Origin: Minisyncoccota bacterium
Lineage (GTDB): Bacteria; Patescibacteriota; Minisyncoccia; Phycocordibacterales; Phycocordibacteraceae
Assembly: GCA_022842585.1 (NCBI GenBank)
Contig: JALHPI010000001.1
Span: forward strand, 2,298-66,297
Direction of reading: 5' to 3'
Length of the DNA: 64,000 nucleotides
Shown: positions 1-8,862 of the stretch, in pieces
Layout of the letters: each line of letters begins with the position of its first letter
Numbering within the stretch: the first letter of the stretch is position 1
Notes under the pieces: model-generated
Databases searched by the model: none
The model's input: only the letters and a program-made list of their open reading frames with translations
What the model was told of the DNA's origin: nothing
Position numbers and translations under genes: made by a program

Positions 1-839
1 AAAAGCGCGAGAGAACGGCCTGGATTGAGTAATTCTGAAGAGGCCCCAAGCGCAAATACAGGCATATTTTGACTAGTGGAGGCGGTTATACGAGCGTCAA
101 ACGCATTTGCGAGCATGTTTCGAGCTTCTAAGAGGCCATTTTGCCCTTCAGAAGGGTTGGAAATGGAAATAATCGTACCTTTATATAGTGCGAGGCTCGT
201 GTCGGCGAAGCCAAGCATCCGATCACCAAGATGCAGGGTCAATGTGGCCACTTTTGCGGCCGGACCATGCTCGATATCGACGAATTCAGCCAAAGCGCGG
301 GTTCCGATATCGCTAGTGTTTTTAAGGGTATTTATAGAAATTCGGGCACCAGTTTCAACGATTCCAACATGCGCCCCAAAGAGTCCAACGTTGACAACGA
401 AGAGCGCGATAAAGAGCGCTACAAGCTTTTCGCGAAGTTCGGTTGCGGCAAAAAACGGACTTGGAATTGGAGCGGTGTACGTACGCTTTTGCGCGACAAC
501 AGCATCAATGCTGATTGGGGAAGGTAGTGCTTCAGTATCAACGGCGATAGGCGCAGAAGGAGCTGAAATAGGCTGTATATTAGCCGTATTTTGCGACTGT
601 ATCGCCTTATACTCATCTTCGCGCTTCTTCGAAAGAAGCTCTGCATTTATTTTTTTCTGTTGCTCCTGTTCCGCAACGAATTGTAAAAGCGATGCACGAT
701 CAATGACCCAAGAACGACCGACACGGCTTCCAGATATTTTTCCTTCACGACAAAGACGACCGAGATAATCCGAATGATATCCGGACAGTTCCGAAGCCTC
801 GCGGGTCGTGATTATGTTTTGGTTGAGGAGTGAATCCAT
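1..839 (-). CDS. N-terminal HTH (excisionase/HTH_17-like) membrane-anchored protein, runs off the left edge
   Basis: Not in the ORF track because it is truncated. Manual translation from ATG 839: MDSLLNQNIITTREASELSGYHSDYLGRLCREGKISGSRVGRSWVID..., later a hydrophobic segment LVALFIALFVVNVGLFGA; open to position 1. Confidence 0.8.
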   Translation of the reverse strand, partial: MDSLLNQNIITTREASELSGYHSDYLGRLCREGKISGSRVGRSWVIDRASLLQFVAEQEQQKKINAELLSKKREDEYKAIQSQNTANIQPISAPSAPIAVDTEALPSPISIDAVVAQKRTYTAPIPSPFFAATELREKLVALFIALFVVNVGLFGAHVGIVETGARISINTLKNTSDIGTRALAEFVDIEHGPAAKVATLTLHLGDRMLGFADTSLALYKGTIISISNPSEGQNGLLEARNMLANAFDARITASTSQNMPVFALGASSELLNPGRSLAL

Positions 840-1285
840 GTCGGATATCCGAAGTAGCTATATTTTATAACCTTATATTCGTTCCATCCTAGAAAAGTGT
901 GGGGATAAAAATATTTTTATTTCAAAAATAAATTCTCTAAATTTTGAGTAACGCGGACTTAAATACCTACATTTTTTAATAAACTTCCCTTTTAAAAGTT
1001 TTAGAGGATCTGAATGACACACGAACATAGGAAAAAAGAGTTTTGAAGAGAAAAATCGCGATAGCACAGCGCTTTGCGTGAAAAAAATTAAAAACATAAG
1101 CCAAAAGAGGCACTTCTCTGCGGAATTTCTTCTTAATCAATAGATTTTCACGTTATGAAAGGGAATAGAGCTGCCACGAGCCATATTTTTCGATTGAGGA
1201 CCACCTAATAAAGCACCATGAAGGGGAATTACTAAGGTTTTTATACGAAAAATCCTTCATTTCTTACCAAATCTTATTAAAGAAA

Positions 1286-1321
1286 ATAAAAACACCCTGT
1301 AGATGTACAGGATGTTTATTA
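1286..1321 (-). terminator. Probable intrinsic terminator after 1373..2230
   Basis: Inverted repeat aataaaaacaccctgta-gatg-tacaggatgtttatt just downstream of the stop codon. Confidence 0.45.
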
Positions 1322-1372
1322 TTCTTTATTTTATTATCTTGTTTATACGAGACGAGATATATAGTAAATACG

Positions 1373-2230
1373 CTATTTATTTACTACGCTTGAACCCTGA
1401 AGATACTGAAGTATGGATGAGTTACTTACTCCAGTGAGATGAAGCTCATCGATGAATCCAGTCGATACGAGCGTGATACTGGCGACTATGACTATTACTC
1501 CGATAAGGAATGCTTTCGTTACCATACTCGGGTCTTTCTTTTGCTTCTGGTGCTTTCGAGTATTTGGTACGTGATACGTTTCTTCTCTTGGAGAGAGCAC
1601 TCTTCCCTGTGTAGCACGCTCTATAGGCTCGAATGCCTGTGGTACAGGCCGCTCTTCAGTCCGGTAAGGATACTGGGGCTTTATAGGCTCTATATCGCTT
1701 ACTATCATGCGTACCGGTACTGATTCTTCCCTTCGTATAGGCTCCGCTACCGGCTTTTCTTCGTATACGGTAGGTTCAGGCTCTTTCCGGTGCTGCGGAT
1801 AGGTCGATCCGACATTCCGTTCAGTAAACCATTCTTGCCACGTGGACTGCATTTCCGATACGGCCTTTGGCGCTTCTGGTTCGTTTTTTTCTACTGGTAC
1901 GACCTCATTTTCAGAAAGAACAGGCAGATTTTCATAGGACTCAGAGGTATAGGCTGGTTGCTGCCAAACGGCCTGAATATTAGTGTTTTCGGATGTTTTT
2001 GCATTAAAAACACTGTCACTTTCGACTCCACCCTTCCCTTTTGAACGCTCGTCATTGAAACGATGCTCCCGTATGGATGGTTCATACACGTACCAGCTTC
2101 TGCCCACAAGCTTCGATTCCACACGCCCCTCTCTACAAAGTTGACCTACATAGTCCTTAGCGTAGCCCGACAATGCGGCGGCTTTTTTTGAGGAAACAAA
2201 TACTTTTCCGTCTATTGTGAGTTCGTCCAT
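1373..2230 (-). CDS. HTH_17-like DNA-binding domain protein with C-terminal TM helix
   Basis: N-terminus SSKKAAALSGYAKDYVGQLCREGRVESKLVGRSWYV; low-complexity E/P linker; TM AFLIGVIVIVASITLVSTGFI. Confidence 0.8.
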   Translation of the reverse strand: MDELTIDGKVFVSSKKAAALSGYAKDYVGQLCREGRVESKLVGRSWYVYEPSIREHRFNDERSKGKGGVESDSVFNAKTSENTNIQAVWQQPAYTSESYENLPVLSENEVVPVEKNEPEAPKAVSEMQSTWQEWFTERNVGSTYPQHRKEPEPTVYEEKPVAEPIRREESVPVRMIVSDIEPIKPQYPYRTEERPVPQAFEPIERATQGRVLSPREETYHVPNTRKHQKQKKDPSMVTKAFLIGVIVIVASITLVSTGFIDELHLTGVSNSSILQYLQGSSVVNK

Positions 2231-2409
2231 AGGTTTTTTATAAGAAAATAGGCTTATTGGGTATCGGTTTATAGTAACTCCGCTACTCGTTTAGGCCTGA
2301 TAGGCACTGAATAATATAGTAAGTATATAGCTATCTTGTCTCGAATATAAGTGATTATCAACAGAGAATTTTATATGACTAAATAGGCCGTTCAAGCCTA
2401 CGGTGTCTC

Positions 2410-3837
2410 CTACTTTCTAAGTTCCTCCTCAAGCAGACCCTTGAGTACCCCGGGGTTTCCTGCCCCTTTAGTGGCCTTCATTGCCTGCCCGACCAGGTAC
2501 TGTATGACACTCTCCTTGCCTGCCTTGAACTCCTCGGCGACCGCTGGGTTAAGGGCAATGACCTCAAGTACGGCCGCTCTGAGCGCCTCGGTATCGCTTA
2601 CCTGCAGGAGGCCGTTCTTTTCCGCTAAGTCTTCGGGAGCACCGCCTGAGAGGTACATTTCCGAGAGAATCTCCTTTGCTCCGCGGGACGATATCTTCCC
2701 CTCCTTGATCATCTGCATAAGTGAGAAGAAGTAGTCTGCGCGCAGGTGCTCGACGTTTCCCTTCGTATCACTGTCGCGCAGGAGCCTCACTACGTCGGAA
2801 AGAATGTAGTTGCCGGTCAGACGGACAATCTCGCTATCACCGTTGGTGTGCGCCACTACCCCCTCGAACAATGCAGTGAGGGATTCGTCTTGCAGGAATA
2901 TTTCTGTGTCTTCTTCTTTCAGTCCGAGTGCCGTATAACGCGCGCGTCGTTCCCAAGGCAACTCAGGGAGCGAGGCTGCAAGCACTTCGGAAGAAAGCTC
3001 CGCAAGCTCTGAGCGCACGAGCTTCGGAAGGTCCGGCTCTGGGAAATAGCGGTAATCAGCGCTCCCTTCCTTGAAGCGTTGGTGGAAGGTCTCTTGGGTG
3101 CCTTCGTTCCAACCACGGGTCTCCTGAACCACTTTGCCTCCGGAATCTATGAGGGTTGACTGACGCTCGACTTCATACGCAATCGCGCGTTCGACCGACC
3201 GAAACGAGTTCAGGTTTTTCACTTCGACTTTCGTTCCAAAAGTCTCGTCTTTCGAAACGGAAATGTTCGCTTCAATACGCATCTCACCCTTTTCAAGATT
3301 GGCATCGGAGACGCCGAGCGTACGTAGGAGGAGCTGGAGCTCACGTGCAAAGCGTCCGGCGGTCTCCGCATCATGTATCACTGGTTCAGTGACGAGCTCC
3401 ATGAGGGGTACGCCCGCGCGATTGAAATCGATGAGACTCTTGCCGCCTTCGTGCGTTGAGCGCGCCGTATCTTCTTCGAGATGCACACGGGTTATCGCAA
3501 CGTCGTTCAATGCTCCTCCAGATACGAGCGGGTACTCGTACTGGCTGATCTGGTATCCCTTCGGGATATCCGGATAAAAATAACTCTTGCGGTCAAACTC
3601 AGTGTACTCGGCGAGCGTGCTGTTGAGTGCGGTTCCGACGCGAAGCACCTGCTTCACCGCTTCGCGATTGATGACCGGGAGTGTGCCGGGGTGCGCAAGG
3701 CAGACCGGGCACGTATGTGCGTTCGGGCTTGAGCCCTCAGGCTCGTTTTTGGAAGCACAAAACATCTTCGTGCGGGTCTTCAATTCCGCATGGATTTCAA
3801 GCCCTATGGTCGGTCGGTAGGATGATGGGGCTGCCAT
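2410..3837 (-). CDS. gatB: Asp-tRNA(Asn)/Glu-tRNA(Gln) amidotransferase subunit B
   Basis: IGLEIHAEL, CPVCLAHPGTLP, FDRKSYFYPD, HLEEDTA, DYRYFPEPDLP motifs. Confidence 0.98.
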   Translation of the reverse strand: MAAPSSYRPTIGLEIHAELKTRTKMFCASKNEPEGSSPNAHTCPVCLAHPGTLPVINREAVKQVLRVGTALNSTLAEYTEFDRKSYFYPDIPKGYQISQYEYPLVSGGALNDVAITRVHLEEDTARSTHEGGKSLIDFNRAGVPLMELVTEPVIHDAETAGRFARELQLLLRTLGVSDANLEKGEMRIEANISVSKDETFGTKVEVKNLNSFRSVERAIAYEVERQSTLIDSGGKVVQETRGWNEGTQETFHQRFKEGSADYRYFPEPDLPKLVRSELAELSSEVLAASLPELPWERRARYTALGLKEEDTEIFLQDESLTALFEGVVAHTNGDSEIVRLTGNYILSDVVRLLRDSDTKGNVEHLRADYFFSLMQMIKEGKISSRGAKEILSEMYLSGGAPEDLAEKNGLLQVSDTEALRAAVLEVIALNPAVAEEFKAGKESVIQYLVGQAMKATKGAGNPGVLKGLLEEELRK

Positions 3838-3852
3838 TACCCGTATCGTGTC

Positions 3853-4833
3853 TCAGACTTTGGATTTGAGCAAGCTCGCCAGGCGGTCGCCGAAGGCTTT
3901 TACGAGGTCATCATCGAGTATGGAAATGGTGAGAACTTCCCGCTCCCCTACCGCCTCCTTGAGGGTGGCAAGGCATTTTTTAAGCCCTGATTCATCGAGC
4001 ATGTCGGCTTTTGAGAGCACGACGAGCTCCGGTTTCTCTGCGAGACCACGTCCGAACGCTTCAAGCTCCTTCCGTATGGCCCTATAGGATGCGGCGATGT
4101 CTTCTTGTTCAGCCGAGACAAGATGGACAAGCAGACCGGTTCTTTCTACGTGTCGTAGGAACTTTGAACCGAGACCTCGTCCTGACGAGGCGCCCTCTAT
4201 AAGCCCTGGGATGTCCGCAATGAGGTGACCGTAGAAGTCTCCGAGGTGCGGATCAAGTGTAGTAAACGGGTAGGCACCTACCTTGGACTGGGCACGGGTG
4301 AGCGCATTTAGAAGAGAAGACTTTCCTGCGTTCGGGAACCCGATAAGACCGACGTCCGCGATGAGTTTAAGGGTGATTTCGATATCCCCAACCCCTCCTG
4401 ATTTTCCCGTCGTTACCACCACCGGATTCTGGTTTGTGGAGCTTTTGAAGTGCGCATTGCCACGTCCTCCAGGACCACCCTTGAAGACGACCTCGCGCTG
4501 TCCATGTTCGATTATTTCAAATACTTCGCCCGTGGTCGTAACCTTAAGCACGGTCCCGACCGGCACTTGAAGCACTATCGATTCGCCGTCGGCGCCATGT
4601 TTGTTGTTATTGCCTCCCGGCTTCCCGTTCTCTGCGCGGAATTTTTTTGTAAACCGGAACGTTGCGAGCGCGGAAAGGTCGCGCACTCCCTCAAATATAA
4701 TGTCACCGCCACGGCCGCCGTCGCCCCCTGCAGGCCCGCCCTTATCCTTACCTTTCATATGAAGCCAGCGGGTTACCCCCGGACCTCCGTGTCCTGCTTG
4801 TGCGTGTATGCGAACTTCGTCGACGAGTGCCAT
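3853..4833 (-). CDS. obgE: GTPase ObgE/CgtA
   Basis: Gly-rich Obg fold GGDGGRGG; GFPNAGKSSL, YPFTT, DIPGLIEGA. Confidence 0.97.
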   Translation of the reverse strand: MALVDEVRIHAQAGHGGPGVTRWLHMKGKDKGGPAGGDGGRGGDIIFEGVRDLSALATFRFTKKFRAENGKPGGNNNKHGADGESIVLQVPVGTVLKVTTTGEVFEIIEHGQREVVFKGGPGGRGNAHFKSSTNQNPVVVTTGKSGGVGDIEITLKLIADVGLIGFPNAGKSSLLNALTRAQSKVGAYPFTTLDPHLGDFYGHLIADIPGLIEGASSGRGLGSKFLRHVERTGLLVHLVSAEQEDIAASYRAIRKELEAFGRGLAEKPELVVLSKADMLDESGLKKCLATLKEAVGEREVLTISILDDDLVKAFGDRLASLLKSKV

Positions 4834-4839
4834 GGTGAA

Positions 4840-7350
4840 TTAGACTAGTTCCCAACCCTCCGCGAGAAATGGTTCTGCTTTCTTGTATTTCATCGTTTGC
4901 GTCCGCTCGCCGTTTCGTATCGTCACCGTATCGTTTCGACCGGGTGTTTCGCCTTTTTGTACCGGTATTCCGGAGGACTCGGAAGCGCCTGCGGCAAGGA
5001 CTGTTTTCCGGACTTTCGCTTCCTCTGCCTTGATGCGCGAATCATCCGCCGGACGGATGCGCGGGAGCGCTTCCGCAAGTGAGGTATTGATTGCCGACTC
5101 CATCGTATGGAATCGCATGAGACCTTCGCGTCGATACTCGATAAGAGGGTCACGTTGTCCGTATGCGCGCAGCGATACGGAGCGACGCAGGTACTCCATC
5201 GTTTCAAGATGCTCGAGCCAGAATGCATCTACGACCTGGAGAAGAAGTCTACGCAACACGTTTGGAAATGCTTCGCCAAATTCTACACGCTTCGATTCAA
5301 ACGCCGCTTCAGCCGCAGCATCTCCTACGATAAGAGACTTGATGTTCGCTTCCACCTCTTCATTCGTGCCAAGGAGTGCGGTTCGGCGCTTCTGGTATAT
5401 GGAAAGACGCTGGGAGTTCAATACATCGTCATATGCGAGTACCTGTTTTCGGGAATCAAAGTTGAATCCCTCGATACGCTTCTGCGCTGTTTCAAGCGAC
5501 TTCGAAATCATCCCGCTCTGAATAGGCTCATCTTCCGGTATTTTGAACGTGCCCATGACATTCTTCACCATGTCGGAAGCAAACACGCGCATAAGCTTGT
5601 CCTCAAGCGATACATAGAACTGGGTCGCGCCTGGGTCGCCCTGGCGGCCGGAACGGCCTCGCAGCTGGTCGTCTATGCGGCGCGCCTCGTGACGCTCGGT
5701 ACCGATGACGATGAGTCCGCCAAGCGCCATGACCTCGTCGCGCTCAGCCTCGTTTACCGGCACGCCGCCAAGCTTGATGTCGACGCCGCGACCGGCAAGG
5801 TTCGTCGCAACCGTCACTTTCCCCTTTGCGCCCGCGCCTGCGATGATTTCCCCTTCGCGTTCATGGTTCTTTGCATTCAACACTTCGTGCGGTATGCCGG
5901 CATCTTTCAGCGCCTGGCTTACCGTCTCATTGTCTTCAATGGACACCGTACCTACCAACACCGGCTGTCCTTTTTCGTTAAGCTCTTTTACTTGGCGCGC
6001 AAGAGCTTTGTACTTCCCGGTATTGGTTTGGAAGATGAGGTCATCGTGGTCGATGCGCTGTACGGCGCGATTGGTCGGGACTGCGACCACCTCAAGCTTA
6101 TATACGGTATAAAATTCTTCCTCGGAGGAGAGCGCCGTACCGGTCATACCCGAGAGACCGTCGTACATGCGGAAGTAGTTCTGGAACGTGACGGAAGCGT
6201 AGGTTCGGGTCTCCGCCTTAACTTTTACACCCTCCTTTGCTTCCACAGCCTGATGGAGACCTTCAGACCATCTCCGGCCCGCCTGAAGCCGTCCAGTAAA
6301 CTCATCCACAATGACGATTTCCCCGTCTTTTATGACGTACTCCTTATCCTTAAGAAAGAGCGCTTTTGCGCGCACCGCCGTCTCAAGTTGGTGCGCAAAC
6401 TTCATTCCCCCCTCCGTGTAGAGGTTATCTATTCCAAGCGCTTTCTCTGCCTTCGTGATGCCTTCTTCGGTTATCTGCACGGCACGCTGTTTCTCATCAA
6501 TCGTATAATCAGTGCCTTCGGCAAAGCTCCGAACAATCTTCGCGAACTGTTCGTACAGCCCTTCTGCGTCTGCGGCGGGACCAGAAATGATAAGCGGTGT
6601 GCGCGCTTCATCGATAAGGATGGAGTCGATTTCGTCTACGATTGCGTAGTGATGCCCGCGCTGGTTTATCTGAGCCGCATCATAGGCCGTGTTATCCCGC
6701 AGGTAATCGAACCCGAGTTCGTTGTTCGTCGCATAGGTGATGTCGGCGGCGTACGCGTCTTTTTTCGATGCGGGACGTAGGTAATCGTAAAACACGCGGA
6801 ATGATCCTTCTTCGTCCCGTTTCGCATCTTCATCTGCTTCCGTATGGGATGGATCATACAGGTACGCGCCCGCAGACGTGACCACGCCTACCGAAAGTCC
6901 GAGGTATCGATACACCTGCCCCATCCAGGCCGCGTCACGGCGGGCGAGGTAGTCGTTTACGGTCACCAGATGCACTCCCCGTCCTTCTAGGGAACGTATC
7001 GTTGCGGCGAGAGTCGCAACGAGGGTCTTTCCTTCACCGGTACGCATTTCCGCGATTTTTCCCTTAGAGAGCGCAAGACCGCCGATGAGCTGTACGTCGT
7101 AGTGACGCTCCTTAAGGGTGCGGCGCGACGCTTCGCGCACAAGCGCGAAGACCTCAGCCACATCATTGTTCTCCGTAGGCTTTCCTCCGGTACGTTGTTT
7201 GACCTCCAAAAGCCGTGCCTTAAGCTCCTCTTCAGTGAGGGGTAGCAATTCCGCCTCAAGAGCTGCGGCGCGTACGACTACCGGTTCCGCCTCCTTTACA
7301 AAGGACGCGGATTCATTCTTGGTAAACAGTCGCCCGAGGAAGCCCGCCAT
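4840..7350 (-). CDS. secA: Preprotein translocase ATPase SecA
   Basis: EMRTGEGKT, VNDYLARRDA, VDEIDSILIDEARTPLIISG, QLRGRSGRQGDPG. Confidence 0.99.
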   Translation of the reverse strand: MAGFLGRLFTKNESASFVKEAEPVVVRAAALEAELLPLTEEELKARLLEVKQRTGGKPTENNDVAEVFALVREASRRTLKERHYDVQLIGGLALSKGKIAEMRTGEGKTLVATLAATIRSLEGRGVHLVTVNDYLARRDAAWMGQVYRYLGLSVGVVTSAGAYLYDPSHTEADEDAKRDEEGSFRVFYDYLRPASKKDAYAADITYATNNELGFDYLRDNTAYDAAQINQRGHHYAIVDEIDSILIDEARTPLIISGPAADAEGLYEQFAKIVRSFAEGTDYTIDEKQRAVQITEEGITKAEKALGIDNLYTEGGMKFAHQLETAVRAKALFLKDKEYVIKDGEIVIVDEFTGRLQAGRRWSEGLHQAVEAKEGVKVKAETRTYASVTFQNYFRMYDGLSGMTGTALSSEEEFYTVYKLEVVAVPTNRAVQRIDHDDLIFQTNTGKYKALARQVKELNEKGQPVLVGTVSIEDNETVSQALKDAGIPHEVLNAKNHEREGEIIAGAGAKGKVTVATNLAGRGVDIKLGGVPVNEAERDEVMALGGLIVIGTERHEARRIDDQLRGRSGRQGDPGATQFYVSLEDKLMRVFASDMVKNVMGTFKIPEDEPIQSGMISKSLETAQKRIEGFNFDSRKQVLAYDDVLNSQRLSIYQKRRTALLGTNEEVEANIKSLIVGDAAAEAAFESKRVEFGEAFPNVLRRLLLQVVDAFWLEHLETMEYLRRSVSLRAYGQRDPLIEYRREGLMRFHTMESAINTSLAEALPRIRPADDSRIKAEEAKVRKTVLAAGASESSGIPVQKGETPGRNDTVTIRNGERTQTMKYKKAEPFLAEGWELV

Positions 7351-7409
7351 AATGATGCACTATAACACTTTTTTATAATTTTTGCTTGCGTGCCTATATC
7401 GACCAGCTA

Positions 7410-7535
7410 TTGAGACATCTTTAAAAGATTCATATGCAAGGCGCGGGAAAACCGACGAGTGAGCCGTACAGAAGTACGGTGAACGAATCGGTCGGGACCC
7501 GTAACGCAGCAGATGAATTTTTTAACAGGTCTCAA
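7410..7535. mobile_element. MITE-like element (~126 bp) with imperfect terminal inverted repeats
   Basis: Left end ttgagacatctttaaaagattcatatgc; right end reverse-complements to ttgagacctgttaaaaaattcatctgc; internal hairpin ccgtac-agaa-gtacgg. Confidence 0.6.
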
Positions 7536-7538
7536 AAC

Positions 7539-7568
7539 AAAAAAGCCCCGCGGAGGCGGGGCTTTTTT
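7539..7568 (-). terminator. Bidirectional intrinsic terminator
   Basis: aaaaaagccccgc-ggag-gcggggctttttt, 10 nt after the small basic ORF. Confidence 0.85.
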
Positions 7569-7577
7569 GAGCTAGCG

Positions 7578-7667
7578 CTATTTGCGCTTTGCAGTCTTGC
7601 GGCGCTTGGTGGTCTTCTTTGCGACCTTCTTCTTTGCGGCCTTCTTAGCCTTTTTCTTTGCAGCCAT
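7578..7667 (-). CDS. 29-aa Lys/Ala-rich histone H1/protamine-like peptide
   Basis: MAAKKKAKKAAKKKVAKKTTKRRKTAKRK (14 K + 3 R), followed directly by a strong terminator. Confidence 0.75.
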   Translation of the reverse strand: MAAKKKAKKAAKKKVAKKTTKRRKTAKRK

Positions 7668-7799
7668 GGTGCAGAAATTAGAGTGTCTGGTAATCGACCC
7701 ACTTCCGCAAAAATTAATTCCGAAGAATTTTTTTGTGCGTAGTGTTCTATTAGCTATTATTGCGCGCAAAAAATAAAAAAGCATAAAAAAAACGCGAGC

Positions 7800-7808
7800 T
7801 GTGGATAA
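7800..7808 (-). promoter_or_regulatory. Consensus DnaA box (TTATCCACA on the minus strand)
   Basis: tgtggataa, lying in the loop of the inverted repeat aaaaaacgcgag...ctcgcgcgtttttt. Confidence 0.45.
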
Positions 7809-7842
7809 CTCGCGCGTTTTTTATTTTATTTTTTTATAAAAA

Positions 7843-8862
7843 TTATTTCTTTGGCAGTGAACGCACTTCGCGTTCTATTGAAATATTTGTTTTTTCTTTA
7901 ACGAGCGTTTCGACATGTTGCGCGAGCGCTTCTATCTCGCGCGCAGTGCCGCCTGCATCAAGTACAAGTACGAGCGGCTGCGCGCCAAACAGTGATGCGT
8001 TTCCGAGACGGAATCCCCGAAGCGCGAGTATGCGGTCAAGTATGAATGCGAGCGGCACCTTTATGCCGTGCGGGTGCGGAAAACGAGGTACCGCACCGTA
8101 CTCTCGTTCGAGCGCCGCATACGCTTCGGGAGAGAGTACGGGATTTTTGAAAAACGAACCTGCGGTGCCGGATACAGATAGGTCGGGAAACTTTTTATTT
8201 CGTATGGCACGCACCACATTCCCTATCGCTTCAGGCGTGGTCAGGTCTGTTCCCTGTTCTTTCGCAGCGAGCAAATCCCCGTATTCGATACGCGGAGACG
8301 GAACGCGGGTAAGCACGAAATGCACACGCACGATGATGAGGTTCGGTTCGTGCTTGAAGCGGCTATCCCTATACCCGAGCTGGCAGTCTTCCTTAGAGAA
8401 CGTATGCACCGTATCTGTTCCTGCGTCATACGCTTCGACCGATTCAAGTGTTTGCGCGATGTCCGCGCCGTATGCACCTATGTTCTGCACTGGGGCCGCA
8501 CCTACCGTTCCCGGTATGCCTGCGAGGTTTTCAAAGCCCCAGAGACCGCGTGCTGCGACCTCCCGTACAAGCGCATCCCAGTTTTCGCCCGCAGCCACAT
8601 GCACTCGTACCGTATCCTGCTCCGCTTCGTCATACGTAACTCCGCGCATGCCCATACGTATGATGAGACCGTCGTAGCCGTCGTCATGCGCAAGCACGTT
8701 ACTTCCCTCACCAAGCACATAAAACGAGAGCGCGTTTGCGCGCGCGAACTCGAGCGCTTCGCGAAGTTCCGCTTCGTTTGACACCTGCGCGACCGCGCGC
8801 GCGTTCCCGCCGACCTTGAGCGTAGTGAGTGAAGCGAGTGGTACGTATTCCTGTATCGTCAT
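7843..8862 (-). CDS. murB: UDP-N-acetylmuramate dehydrogenase
   Basis: LGEGSNVL, GIPGTVGAAPVQNIGAYG, GSFFKNP. Confidence 0.97.
   Translation of the reverse strand: MTIQEYVPLASLTTLKVGGNARAVAQVSNEAELREALEFARANALSFYVLGEGSNVLAHDDGYDGLIIRMGMRGVTYDEAEQDTVRVHVAAGENWDALVREVAARGLWGFENLAGIPGTVGAAPVQNIGAYGADIAQTLESVEAYDAGTDTVHTFSKEDCQLGYRDSRFKHEPNLIIVRVHFVLTRVPSPRIEYGDLLAAKEQGTDLTTPEAIGNVVRAIRNKKFPDLSVSGTAGSFFKNPVLSPEAYAALEREYGAVPRFPHPHGIKVPLAFILDRILALRGFRLGNASLFGAQPLVLVLDAGGTAREIEALAQHVETLVKEKTNISIEREVRSLPKK

Noticed and set aside
840-1372. AT-rich intergenic region as replication origin
   Set aside because: Only a degenerate DnaA-box-like tgtggggataa, no box cluster, and no dnaA/dnaN in the window.
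5107-6780. 557-aa plus-strand ORF and other long antisense ORFs (e.g. 76..768)
   Set aside because: Shadows of secA and other real genes; no recognisable motifs.
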